From: Candidatus Bathyarchaeota archaeon
GTDB taxonomy: Archaea; Thermoproteota; Bathyarchaeia; 40CM-2-53-6
DNA length: 64,000 nt
Direction: 5' to 3'
Assembly: GCA_963733055.1 (NCBI GenBank)
Contig: CAVTBR010000002.1
Location: 288,001 to 352,000 of the forward strand
The notes under the pieces were generated by a model that saw nothing but the letters and a program-made list of their open reading frames with translations, was not told the origin of the DNA and ran no database searches. This document shows positions 20,911 to 30,802 of this stretch, in pieces (position 1 is the stretch's first letter; each line of letters starts with the position of its first letter). The translations under genes were made by a program, and so were the position numbers.

Positions 20911-21834
20911 ATGCCTAACACAACCTGCTCATACTGCGCAGGCCAAGCCGTATACGTGCGAGAGCATGAAGGAGTAAGATTCTGTTCCGCGTGTTTTCGG
21001 GAAGCGATCGAAGACAAGTTCCGCAAAACAGTCATCAAACACAAGATGCTAGAGTACAACGATCACGTCGCCGTTGCGGTTTCTGGGGGAAAGGACAGCC
21101 TCACGCTGTTGAACCTTCTCGTGAAGCTTGAGGGAAGGTTTCCGCGGACGAAGATTACGGCGGTAAGCGTTGATGAAGGGATTGATGGGTACAGGGATGA
21201 GGCGCTTGACCTGGCGCGGAAGGCTTGTGATAGTCTGGGGGTGAGGCAGGTGGTTGTGTCCTACCGCGAACTATTCGGAATCTCGACCGACGAGATCGCA
21301 GAGATGAAGCTGGGACAGACGCCTTGCTCCTATTGCGGTGTGTTTCGGAGGAAGGCGATCAACAAGGCGGCGGTTATGGTTGGGGCGACCAAGATTGCTA
21401 CGGCCCATAACTTGGATGACGAGGTTCAGACGATTCTTCTGAACATGATGCACGGCGACCCGGTTAGAATCGTCCGGTCGGGTCCGGTTCTGCATGACCC
21501 GAGGGGCAAGTTTCTCCCTCGCATCAAACCCCTCGCTGAGATACCTGAGAAAGAGATCGTGCTCTACGCTTTCCTAAGCGGAACGGAATTTCAGACCATA
21601 ACCTGCCCGCACGGCCATGAGGCGCTAAGGAACGACATTCGCAACTTTCTGAACCAGATGGACCTCAGACACCCCGGCAGCAAATTCACCCTCCAGAAGT
21701 CAGCCGAGAGGTTGCGAACCTTGCTCGCCGCTCAAGCACCGTTAGCAGACCTAAGGGAATGCGAGAAATGTGGAGATCCGACGCCTCACGATCTTTGTGA
21801 AGCATGTTTGATGCTCGGGGCAATAGCCGCATAA
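20911..21834 (+). CDS. TtuA/NcsA-type tRNA 2-thiolation protein (TIGR00269-like)
   Basis: N- and C-terminal Zn fingers, SGGKDS PP-loop, CSYCGVFRR, HNLDDE. Confidence 0.9.
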   Translation: MPNTTCSYCAGQAVYVREHEGVRFCSACFREAIEDKFRKTVIKHKMLEYNDHVAVAVSGGKDSLTLLNLLVKLEGRFPRTKITAVSVDEGIDGYRDEALDLARKACDSLGVRQVVVSYRELFGISTDEIAEMKLGQTPCSYCGVFRRKAINKAAVMVGATKIATAHNLDDEVQTILLNMMHGDPVRIVRSGPVLHDPRGKFLPRIKPLAEIPEKEIVLYAFLSGTEFQTITCPHGHEALRNDIRNFLNQMDLRHPGSKFTLQKSAERLRTLLAAQAPLADLRECEKCGDPTPHDLCEACLMLGAIAA

Positions 21835-22025
21835 TGCCATTCGTCTGGCCGTAGTCGCGCAACCTCCGCTGGGGAGAGGGGTGAGCCACACCCCTCGAAA
21901 AGGGTGGGCCACACCCTTCAGAGGCTGGGCTTGCATGAACGCCTTCAGCTGAAAGTTGTCATTCTGCCAATACAAGGAGGCAGACATTCGTTCGTTGTGG
22001 TTGGGGTTGGAGTGTGGTTGGGACG

Positions 22026-22034
22026 GTTTATATG
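22026..22034 (+). promoter_or_regulatory. TATA box of SRP RNA gene (possibly bidirectional)
   Basis: GTTTATATG about 25-30 nt upstream of the SRP RNA 5' end. Confidence 0.6.
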
Positions 22035-22057
22035 ACGACTTCAGCCCTTTTTGTTTT

Positions 22058-22383
22058 GGCGGTGGTAGGAGGATCGGGGAGCCAGCCGTTCCCTGTGACC
22101 CGAAATCGGCTATACGCGGGGACCCGTTAACCCGGGGGAGAGGTAGCTCTGGACTCAGGTAGGCCTTCAGGGTCAACGATGAGATTCTGCCCCACCGGGC
22201 CAGCGTAGGAAGGAACCCTTCTGAAGGGAAGCGTTTACTTCTTCATCGTCGAACCCGATGAGGCTCGGAAGAGAGCAGTCGTAAGGCGAGCGCCCAGGCG
22301 CTGATGGGATCACAGGGTTTAGGAAATTCTGAAGAAACCGCCCGAGCGAAGAATACCAATTCAACGGGGATGCTGCCACCGCC
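22058..22383 (+). ncRNA. ffs: Archaeal SRP (7S) RNA
   Basis: Helix 8 motif GAACCCGATGAGGCTCGGAAGAGAGCAG; 5' GGCGGTGGTAG pairs with 3' CTGCCACCGCC; about 326 nt. Confidence 0.9.
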
Positions 22384-22637
22384 ATAATCCGAATGATTGT
22401 AGGTTTTGGTTCTGACGCTCAATAGTGAAAGTGAAGTATGCTTTAGCGGCAATGTGGTGCTTTAGAGTTAGGAAATCTCTTTTTGCCAGCAGAAGAATGA
22501 AAGAACGTTCAAGCTGACATCCAACCTGCTGTACGTTACGGTCGGCTTCTCGCTCGTAGAACAGTAAGTGGTTGATGTTGATTCAGAACGTTTCTAAGCG
22601 GAGCAGCTAGGTAATCTTAAATTCTCAGCACAGAAAA

Positions 22638-23498
22638 GTGGGGAAGGGGTTTGGTCTGGCTTTGTGGAGTAGGCGCATTCTTTTCGGCCTCAGCCTCCTC
22701 CTAGCCCTAACGTTCATAACACCCGTCCACAGCTCCCCAACCCTATCCATAGACGGCTCCGGCTCAAACTCCTGCCCAGGACATAACTCATGCACTTCAT
22801 CCGCGTTCTCAACCAGCAACCCGAATGACGTGGTAATCGTCTTCGCAGTCTCCACGGGTTCCTCTTTCAATGGCCTGCCTACGGCTAGTGGTCTAAGTTT
22901 CACGGTAAGACTGTCTACGACATTCCCACCTGGTCATTTTGTGGGTGAGTGGTGGGCCATAGCCTCCACAACCCTCGCAGCGGAAACGGTTACAGTCCAC
23001 ACAACATCAACATCCACAAGTATCGGGTTGGTTGTGTGGGGTATAAGCGGAGCGAATACCGCAACCCCCTTCGACCCTTCATTGCCCTCGCCAGCAACAA
23101 GCAGCGGCACAACTCCCAGCTGTTCTCCTAGTCCTCCTTGCTCGGCTTCGATTAGCGTAACGATTCCGTCAACCTCAAACGCTAACGACATGATACTCGG
23201 CATGGCAGGTAACAATCGCGGGGACACGTCTTCGGCTGGGTCGGGAGGGTTCACTCTAATAGCAGGCCCCGCCTTCGCCGGTGCTGAGTTTAAGGTCGTA
23301 TCCTCCACGCAGAGCAGCCTCTCCGTCCCAATAACCCTCAACGACGACAACGGTGGAGTTTTCTGGGGTATGTTTGGGGACGCCGTACAAGCCGCGTCAG
23401 CCACTCCACCAATCCCAGAATACCCGCTAGGATTACCGATACTAGCAATCCTCACCATAATTGCATACGGCGTAATCAGACGCCGAACACGAAACTAA
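22638..23498 (+). CDS. Secreted Ser/Thr-rich surface protein with PEF-like C-terminal sorting signal
   Basis: Signal peptide; C-terminal IPEYP + TM + RRRTRN. Confidence 0.8.
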   Translation: MGKGFGLALWSRRILFGLSLLLALTFITPVHSSPTLSIDGSGSNSCPGHNSCTSSAFSTSNPNDVVIVFAVSTGSSFNGLPTASGLSFTVRLSTTFPPGHFVGEWWAIASTTLAAETVTVHTTSTSTSIGLVVWGISGANTATPFDPSLPSPATSSGTTPSCSPSPPCSASISVTIPSTSNANDMILGMAGNNRGDTSSAGSGGFTLIAGPAFAGAEFKVVSSTQSSLSVPITLNDDNGGVFWGMFGDAVQAASATPPIPEYPLGLPILAILTIIAYGVIRRRTRN

Positions 23499-23601
23499 GC
23501 CCGAGTCATCAACCGACTGGTAACAGCCCAAAGAATTTGAAGCATCAACCGTGAAGGTAACCTTACCGAATCGAGCATCTATTAATGAAAACAGGAATAG
23601 G

Positions 23602-23617
23602 TGCTGCCACCGCCATA
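23602..23617 (+). repeat. att-like direct repeat of SRP RNA 3' end (copy 2)
   Basis: TGCTGCCACCGCCATA, identical to 22371-22386 (16/16). Confidence 0.85.
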
Positions 23618-23741
23618 CATCATGTACCGACGATATCAGTGAATTCAAAACCGATTGGTCGCACAGCTTAACGCTGTCCCATTTCATTGTACGGTTAATG
23701 TTCGCGGTGAAAGACCTGGGGTACATCCTCTAGATTGAATT

Positions 23742-24212
23742 TCAAGGTCTGTTTGAGGGCTGCTTTCCTTCCGTGTCTAATTCTCGAACTTTTGTTTCGA
23801 TGAACTCGATGATCTTCCGTTCCCCATACTGCTTCGCGTCCTGTTGTCTGACCAAGTTTTCCCGGATGGCATCGAGAAGCACCTCTGTTTTCGCGGGCTT
23901 AATTATATAGCGATCTGCGCGTTTGTTTACGGCCTCGACAGCATTCTGCAGGCTTGGGTACCCGGTTACGATTATCTTGATCATCCTCGGCGCCGTCTCC
24001 TTGAGGGCTGTTAGCAGTTTTGTGCCTTCCATGTCCGGGAGGCGGATGTCGATTAGGGCGACATTGTAGAAGTTGTCCTCAGATTTCTCTATAGCATCGC
24101 TCCCAGTCTCTGCTGTATCTACGATGTACCCAGCCTCCTTCAATACCGTAGAGAACGTTTTCAGAATCTCTCGATCATCATCGACAATCAAAATCCTAGC
24201 CGAGTCGCTCAT
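23742..24212 (-). CDS. Response regulator receiver protein
   Basis: ILIVDDD, LIDIRLPD, VTG, YIIKP. Confidence 0.93.
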   Translation of the reverse strand: MSDSARILIVDDDREILKTFSTVLKEAGYIVDTAETGSDAIEKSEDNFYNVALIDIRLPDMEGTKLLTALKETAPRMIKIIVTGYPSLQNAVEAVNKRADRYIIKPAKTEVLLDAIRENLVRQQDAKQYGERKIIEFIETKVRELDTEGKQPSNRP

Positions 24213-27200
24213 GTCCCTTCAGCTCCCTGTTGACCCCTTATCAGGGGAAACTTTAGCGTGAAGGTCGTGCCTATTCCTTCCCTGCTCTCCACGGATATCG
24301 AACCTTTGTGCGAATCCACGATACGCTTGCAAATAGCCAAACCCAATCCGATTCCCTTAGGTTTTGTGGTAATTAGGGGTTTCCAAAGTTCCCGCAGTAC
24401 GTTTTCAGGAATACCTACTCCGGTATCTGAAAGTTTGAGTTCGACCCAGTTATTTGACTTATTGCTGGTTATTTCGAGTTTGCCGCCGTTCGGCATCGCC
24501 TCGACCGCATTCTTGATGAGGTTGACGATCACACGTCTGACCATGGCCGCGTCAACATTTAACCTCGGGTCGTCGGATGTCGAATCCATAACGGATATGT
24601 TCTCTGGAATCTTCACTTGGAGAAATGCATCACTTACCATCGATCTGGGAGTCGTTTCTGAGAGTTCCAACTGAGTGTCTTCCGAATATCCTAGGAGGTC
24701 ATCTACGATTCTGTCCGAGTACTGGACACTGTTCTCGATTGCTTCAAGCATCTCTTTAATTTTCTCATCGGCTATAGGAGCTAGTTTCTTCTCTAGGACG
24801 TATAATGCTGCAGAAATCGCCTGTAATGGATTGCGAAGGTCGTGGCCGACCATCGCCGCTGTCTCTCCGATTGCTGCCAGCCGCTCAGCCTTGCGCAGCC
24901 TTTCTTCAATCTCCTTTCGTTCAGTAATGTTCGTTGTCACTCCATCGGTGTACCGTACCCCATTTATCTCGTAGGTCTTGTTCGCGCTCTCATGAAGCCA
25001 GACCCATTTACCGTCAGTTCGTTGGAATCTGTAATCCACATCGAACAATTTGCCCTCTGTGAAGAGGAGTTCATAAGCCCTTTCGATAATGGGAAGGTCG
25101 TCCGGATGAATCCTCTCCTTCCAGACGTGGTAACCGCCGGTATAGACCTGATCGAGGCTGTATCCATACACCTCCCCGACGTTTGGAGTGATGAAAATAG
25201 TATTCCATTCCTGATCTGTTGTCCATACTACAACGGGGACGTTCTGGACGACAGAACGGTATTTGGCCTCACTGTCTCTTAGAGCGCCTGTTCTTTCTTC
25301 AATCAAATTCTCCAAGGTCTCAGCGCGCCGCATGTTCTCAACGGCAATCGCAGCGTGGTTGGCGAAGAGCATCAGTAAATCAAGATCCGATTGCGTGAAG
25401 CGTCGAGTTGCAGACTTCCTTATGACTTGAATTACTCCTGTTACTTGGCCTCGCCAAATCATGGGCACGCTGATCTCAGCCCCGAGGTCTCTAGCTCCAG
25501 AAATACTTACGGCACTCTCCCATTTGTTGTAATCATCGATTATGAGAGGTTTTCCGGTCTCAGCCACGCGGCCGGAGGACCCCTCACCATACTTGAGCAC
25601 AACTCCCCTGAAATCATGCGGCGTGTTGTAGCTTACCACACAACGCACCTGTCGCTTTTCAGAGTCACATAGGTCAAGTCCTCCGCCCTGTCCGTCTAAT
25701 AGGCGAACAGCTCGCTCCACAATGGACTCTAGCAGGTTTGGCAAATCACCTCGCGCTCCTGTAATGTCTAGCACGATTGCCTGAAGCGCAGCCAGTTCCT
25801 CGGCATGACGCTGCAGCTGCTCCTGCGCTTGCGTGCTCTCGACTGCTATGGCGGCGTGGTTGGCGAAGAGTTCTAGCAACTTGAGATCGGATTCCGTGAA
25901 ATGCCCTACCTCATCGTTTAGGACGTCGATAACCCCGATAACTTGACCCTGCCATAGCATGGGTGCGCTAAGGACAGCTCTGAAAGGTTGATCTTTCTCA
26001 TAGGCCGCTGCACGCCCCTCCCATGTGCGGTAGTCTTCGATAATCAGGGGTTGCCCATTCTCTGCCACCTTCCCTGCCGCACCTTCGCCATACTTGAGCA
26101 CTGTTCCGACAGCGCTTTTTCTAGTGTTGTAACTGACCGCACATCGTGCTTCCCGCCTATCAGGATCACAAATATACATTCCTCCGCTGGGAGCGCCGAC
26201 CAGTCCTGCTGCTCGTTCCACGATGGCGTTAAGCAGGGTGGGCAGATCTTGTCGACGAGTAATGTCAAGGAGGGTTGCCTGAAGCGCCTGTAGCTCTTCG
26301 GCCCGGCGATGCAGAGTCTCCTCAACACGCTTTTGATCGCTCATATCAATTATGGTGACGGCGTCCGCAGGTTTTCCGTGGAATGTGATGCGCTCCGCCC
26401 GGATGACCACGGGATATTCAATCCCGTCACGGGTCAGGGCGTTGATCTCGTAGGGCTGGACATGTTCTCCGCGTAATCGTCTTGCCATGTTTTGAGTAAT
26501 GAGGTCTCGGAATCTCGCCGGGACTAGTTTGTCGAACAGGTTGAATGACGGGGAGGTCATTTCTTCAAAAGTCCAACCTGTTTTTTCACACGCAGCCCTG
26601 TTGACATATTTCATGCGGCCGTCTTGTAGAATGGAGATCATGTTTGATGAATTCTCAACTATCGCGCGGTATTTCTCCTCGCTTTCGATTATATTCTCCT
26701 CCATCTGCTTGCGTTCGGTGACGTCCCGGAAACTCCACACTCTACCAAGAATATCTTCTCTCATTCGCTGTGGTTGCGAGTAACGCTCGAAGACTCTACC
26801 ATCCTTGAACCTGAGAGTGTCAAACGATTCCTTTTTCGGCGTAGAATACAATTCCTGCACCTTCGCAAGAAACTGCTCCGGATGCTCGAGCTGATCCAAG
26901 ACAAACTCCAGGAGCTTCGCGTCATTTTTCGTTTCCAGAAGTGGATCAGGTATACGCCACAATTCGGCGAATCTTCGATTGTAGGTTGTTACCTTCCCAT
27001 TCCTATCAACCACAAGGATTCCATCGGCGGTCGAATCGAGAGTAGCGATCTGTAATGAGAGAGACGCGTGGAGGGTTTCGTCTCTTCTCAGTCTGCTCAT
27101 TGCGGAACCAACGTGTGTTCCCAACGTTTCAAGCAGTTTCTGATCCTCATCTGAAAACGCTTTCAAGCGTTTACTTTCCACATTCAGGACACCTACGGCC

Positions 27201-27727
27201 TCCCGGTCCAAGATTACGGGTACAGCCAGCTCGGAAAGCATCGACGCTTTCCCTGTCCAATTGAAACCCATTCGATCTACGTAGGCCTTTTCCTTCCTCA
27301 CATCTGAGACTCTCACCGTTGCCTTCTTCCTTGCGGCTTTGACTACCACTCCTTTTCCGTCTAATGGCATTTCAAGGAAGGTTGCCTTGATTCCCTTGCT
27401 TCCTTTGATTCGTAGGCATCCATGTTCAACGAAGAGGATATCAGCGAAATCGAAACCGAGTGCGGACCGCATTGCATTCAAAGTGTATTCTGCTATCGCC
27501 TCACGAGTTGGGGCCCCGTTCAATTGCAATGCATGACTGTGGAGTACCAGAAGCTTCTCCTGGTACCCCACGCGCCTTCGTCTCACCGGCTTCGAGACTA
27601 CGGCCCTTCGTTTTCCTTGTTTCAAATTCCCGTCGACACTCTTGAACACGGATGTCTTAACACAGATGTTCCTCAATGGGCGAAGGTTATGTCGAAAACG
27701 CAGTTTTGGCTGCCCAGTGAGGCGCAT
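24209..27727 (-). CDS. Cytoplasmic multi-sensor histidine kinase (GAF-PAS-PAS-GAF-GAF-PAS-HisKA-HATPase); true start probably about 27600
   Basis: GHDLRNPL, NLIKNAVEAM, DTGVGI, GIGLGLAI; repeated GAF (FTESDL..L..FANHAAIAVE) and PAS units. Confidence 0.92.
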   Translation of the reverse strand: MRLTGQPKLRFRHNLRPLRNICVKTSVFKSVDGNLKQGKRRAVVSKPVRRRRVGYQEKLLVLHSHALQLNGAPTREAIAEYTLNAMRSALGFDFADILFVEHGCLRIKGSKGIKATFLEMPLDGKGVVVKAARKKATVRVSDVRKEKAYVDRMGFNWTGKASMLSELAVPVILDREAVGVLNVESKRLKAFSDEDQKLLETLGTHVGSAMSRLRRDETLHASLSLQIATLDSTADGILVVDRNGKVTTYNRRFAELWRIPDPLLETKNDAKLLEFVLDQLEHPEQFLAKVQELYSTPKKESFDTLRFKDGRVFERYSQPQRMREDILGRVWSFRDVTERKQMEENIIESEEKYRAIVENSSNMISILQDGRMKYVNRAACEKTGWTFEEMTSPSFNLFDKLVPARFRDLITQNMARRLRGEHVQPYEINALTRDGIEYPVVIRAERITFHGKPADAVTIIDMSDQKRVEETLHRRAEELQALQATLLDITRRQDLPTLLNAIVERAAGLVGAPSGGMYICDPDRREARCAVSYNTRKSAVGTVLKYGEGAAGKVAENGQPLIIEDYRTWEGRAAAYEKDQPFRAVLSAPMLWQGQVIGVIDVLNDEVGHFTESDLKLLELFANHAAIAVESTQAQEQLQRHAEELAALQAIVLDITGARGDLPNLLESIVERAVRLLDGQGGGLDLCDSEKRQVRCVVSYNTPHDFRGVVLKYGEGSSGRVAETGKPLIIDDYNKWESAVSISGARDLGAEISVPMIWRGQVTGVIQVIRKSATRRFTQSDLDLLMLFANHAAIAVENMRRAETLENLIEERTGALRDSEAKYRSVVQNVPVVVWTTDQEWNTIFITPNVGEVYGYSLDQVYTGGYHVWKERIHPDDLPIIERAYELLFTEGKLFDVDYRFQRTDGKWVWLHESANKTYEINGVRYTDGVTTNITERKEIEERLRKAERLAAIGETAAMVGHDLRNPLQAISAALYVLEKKLAPIADEKIKEMLEAIENSVQYSDRIVDDLLGYSEDTQLELSETTPRSMVSDAFLQVKIPENISVMDSTSDDPRLNVDAAMVRRVIVNLIKNAVEAMPNGGKLEITSNKSNNWVELKLSDTGVGIPENVLRELWKPLITTKPKGIGLGLAICKRIVDSHKGSISVESREGIGTTFTLKFPLIRGQQGAEGT

Positions 27728-28191
27728 TCCCTCTCGACGCTGCCGACTGACTTCTTGCCAAGATAAGCCTCAAGCCAGCCAACGACTAGCCCACGGATCA
27801 GATGGCATGTTGGTACTTTGGCCTGACGCTCATGCGATAAAATGCTGTCAGCTATGGAATATGTGTAGATACTCTTCCCATCTTCTTTCCTAGTCTCAGC
27901 CTTGATGATTCTCCCCCAACCTCGAAGTCTAAGAAACCTGTCGCCTAACCTTACAAGATCTTCCTCTGTGTGAATCTCATCTTTCGAATATGCAAACTCC
28001 GACCGCCCTATCTCGGCCCCCATTTGGCCGAGAAGGACAGCACTTACTGCCGGCCCAGCCACGACAACGAGTTTATCGACGAAGCTCTGGAAGGTCTTTG
28101 CTCTGAGAGACATTATACGGATTTTGCCCTCAAGAATCCAACCTTTCTCGACGTCTCGTTCTAGTGGAGGCGTCCCGTTAGATTCGGACAC
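27673..28191 (-). CDS. V4R domain protein
   Basis: RGWG, TCHLIRG, ERECASLGSQNCVF. Confidence 0.85.
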   Translation of the reverse strand: MSESNGTPPLERDVEKGWILEGKIRIMSLRAKTFQSFVDKLVVVAGPAVSAVLLGQMGAEIGRSEFAYSKDEIHTEEDLVRLGDRFLRLRGWGRIIKAETRKEDGKSIYTYSIADSILSHERQAKVPTCHLIRGLVVGWLEAYLGKKSVGSVERECASLGSQNCVFDITFAH

Positions 28192-28357
28192 TGTACCCCT
28201 CTCTCCTTCTTCGACCTCGTGAGTTGTACAAGTGCCATAGGACCCCAGACATCAACGGCCTCATTGAGACAAAATCCACATATAAGATGGGCTTTGTGTG
28301 GAAATCGAGTTAATTAGCACAATCCCGCACCACCCCTCCTAGAGAGGTTCAGTTCTG

Positions 28358-29110
28358 GTGCGTATTGGAGAAATTATCGCTCTTGCTGCTGCCGTTTTTT
28401 CTGCAGCATTTTATGCGCTGGGGCAGGGCACTGAGATTCTAACGTTGTTTTCTAACTATGGTCTCATAGCCTACATGGCAAGCGCGGCGCTCATAGGACT
28501 CGTCGCATACAAGAAACTGGGCCCATCGAAGATTACCAATCTCACCCTCGGTTACGCCATTGGCCTTCTACCCTGGGCAGTTGGCCTAGCAATCTACACG
28601 TACGCCTACTACGTCTCGATGACCGGGTTGTCCTACCTTTCGATAGCCGACGTCTTCTACTTGCTTTCATACCCTCCATGGATTATCAGCGCCGTCCTCA
28701 CGCTGCGAACTGTCCATCGAGCCGTCGGCCGGAATGCTTGGCTTGCCGTAATCGCAACGGGCGTTGTTCTCTATTTACTCGTCGGTGTCTTGGTCATCCC
28801 ACCGTCGATTAGCGATCTTAGTTCGCTGGAAGCTTTCGTTACAGCCCTCTATCCATCATTGGATCTCGCGTTCTTTCTGCTGGTCTTGCCTCTCTTATTC
28901 GCGTTCAGAAAGGGACTGCTAGAGCGGCCCTATGCTTTCATAACGCTCGGAGCTTTGCTTCTAGCACTTGGCGACCTCGCCTACGCGGTTTTGAGTGTCG
29001 CAGGTTTATACTACGACGGACATCCGATGGATCTTCTCCTCTTCGTTGGATGCATTAGCGCCGGTTACGGATTCTGGCGTCAGCAAGCCGACCTGGCTAG
29101 GTTGAAGTGA
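28358..29110 (+). CDS. Polytopic membrane protein (sensor-like)
   Basis: About 8 TMs; SIADVFYLLSYP and YPSLDL motifs resemble integral-membrane sensor domains. Confidence 0.7.
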   Translation: MRIGEIIALAAAVFSAAFYALGQGTEILTLFSNYGLIAYMASAALIGLVAYKKLGPSKITNLTLGYAIGLLPWAVGLAIYTYAYYVSMTGLSYLSIADVFYLLSYPPWIISAVLTLRTVHRAVGRNAWLAVIATGVVLYLLVGVLVIPPSISDLSSLEAFVTALYPSLDLAFFLLVLPLLFAFRKGLLERPYAFITLGALLLALGDLAYAVLSVAGLYYDGHPMDLLLFVGCISAGYGFWRQQADLARLK

Positions 29111-29333
29111 GTCAAAGTACTTGAGTCAGTGCAGTTCACTCTAGTTGCCTTAGAATTCGAACTTCGTCTTTGGCCCTACCCAAACCGAGTTCACACTCGG
29201 GCGTAACCATTGCAAACCGCGGCCTTCCGGATATCGCATCCCGAGATCGGTCTATGCGATTATGTTTGATTCGTATTGTCCTGTTAGAGGCTTTCCTTCG
29301 GTGAACCTGCTCGCGGAAAACGGTGTCATGCTT

Positions 29334-29742
29334 TCAGGTTTGTTGCCGCTCAGAACGAATTGAGCCATGCGTTTTCCTACAAGCAAGCTTCTTGATGATA
29401 AACACTAGGCCGACCGCCACAATAGAAATCCCCGCATACTGAAGCGGGAATATCACCGCCATCACGACCAACGCGAAAAGCGGGTTGGGGAGAACGACCG
29501 CCAGCAACGCGGCCATCGTTCCAAGAACAGCCCCAGGCGCGGGAACCCCTGGGAACAGCACGGTAACTGCCAATCCGAGCGCTGCACTGCTGAACATTAA
29601 TGGGAAGAACTGACCGCCTTTCCAGCCGCCTGCCAGCAGCACGTTGATCAGAAATAGGCGCGCCAGTGCGATGAGAAATAGCGACCAGAAACCCAGTTGA
29701 ACCGCGTCGTCGTAAGCCGGCTGAAACTGATGCTGCCACCGC
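29334..29742 (-). pseudogene. ClC chloride-channel family, C-terminal fragment only
   Basis: GWKGGQFFP selectivity-filter-like motif and TMs; N-terminal two thirds missing. Confidence 0.7.
29729..29742 (+). repeat. att-like direct repeat of SRP RNA 3' end (copy 3)
   Basis: GATGCTGCCACCGC, identical to 22369-22382 (14/14). Confidence 0.7.
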
Positions 29743-29898
29743 GTTTCCACACTTGCTAAAGCTGAAAGGTGCCCACGAAACTTGTGAAAGCAAATTGGGT
29801 ATGTAATATGCTAGGGTTTCCGACAAAAGATGTCGGCGCAAATTCGCTGCGGTCATGTCAGTAAAGCTTAGGTGGGTACGGAATCAGTCTTTTGTCTC

Positions 29899-30498
29899 AT
29901 GAGTTCGAAGCTTCCAAAGTACTCGACGAGGGAATTATCGTCGAAAACATGGAGAGATTTCGAGAGACTATTCCGGAAGCCTGGCGAATGGTGCAATTGT
30001 CAGTGTATGTACTTTCATCGACAGGGGCCCGTGCCCGATAAAGGGAGACAACGGTTGACCGCTAAGGAGAGGAACGAGAAGAACTTCAACGACAAGAGAG
30101 ACCTCGTGAAAGAAGGGCTCTCTCACGGCATACTGGTCTACTCGGATGGGGAGGCGATAGGGTGGTGTCAATACGGCCTCAAGGAAGAACTGCCGCGAAT
30201 CGACCATACACCCCAGTACCGCAAGGTATCCCTCGACAGAGGAGGGAGGAAACTATGGAGGATTACCTGTTTCTGCGTCGACAAAAAATATCGCAATCGC
30301 GGGGTGGCAATCGCCGGCCTACATGCCGCAATGGGCTCGATACGGAAGAAGGGAGGGGGACTGGTCGAAGCCTATCCAACCACTCGCAAAAGCGTATTGG
30401 CGGCCCACCGCGGAACGGTGCCGATGTTCAAGAACGAAGGATTCGATCTCGTGACTCCCCTCGGCAAAGGCAACGTTCTGATGCGGCGGACAATCTAG
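29899..30498 (+). CDS. GNAT family acetyltransferase
   Basis: TWRDFERLF, CQCMY, IGWCQYG, ITCFCV..YRNRGVA, VEAYP. Confidence 0.88.
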   Translation: MSSKLPKYSTRELSSKTWRDFERLFRKPGEWCNCQCMYFHRQGPVPDKGRQRLTAKERNEKNFNDKRDLVKEGLSHGILVYSDGEAIGWCQYGLKEELPRIDHTPQYRKVSLDRGGRKLWRITCFCVDKKYRNRGVAIAGLHAAMGSIRKKGGGLVEAYPTTRKSVLAAHRGTVPMFKNEGFDLVTPLGKGNVLMRRTI

Positions 30499-30802
30499 CA
30501 ATTCACGGTCTGCGGAAGCGGTTTTTGGGATTCCGCCCAGGAGGCTTGTCGTTCGTTGAGTACTAAGCCTATAGAAACAAGCGGATGTACTTGCGCCGAA
30601 AGATGAATCCCTTCGAACCCTCGAGTGACCGTCCCCACGACAAAACAACCCCAAAGAGAAAGGTCGTCAGCAAATTCGTATGGAAGAACATTAGGAAGGC
30701 TATCGGAAGAGACGAAGCAAAAGAACAGATTCGTAGCGGTGTTTCGCGGTGTTGGGGGGCCTTTTGCGAAAGGCTCGCAAGTGTCGTCATCACCGGTGAA
30801 TT

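Noticed and set aside
28324-28333. Possible tRNA-Leu att copy CCCGCACCAC
   Set aside because: 10 bp only and on the wrong side of the tRNA
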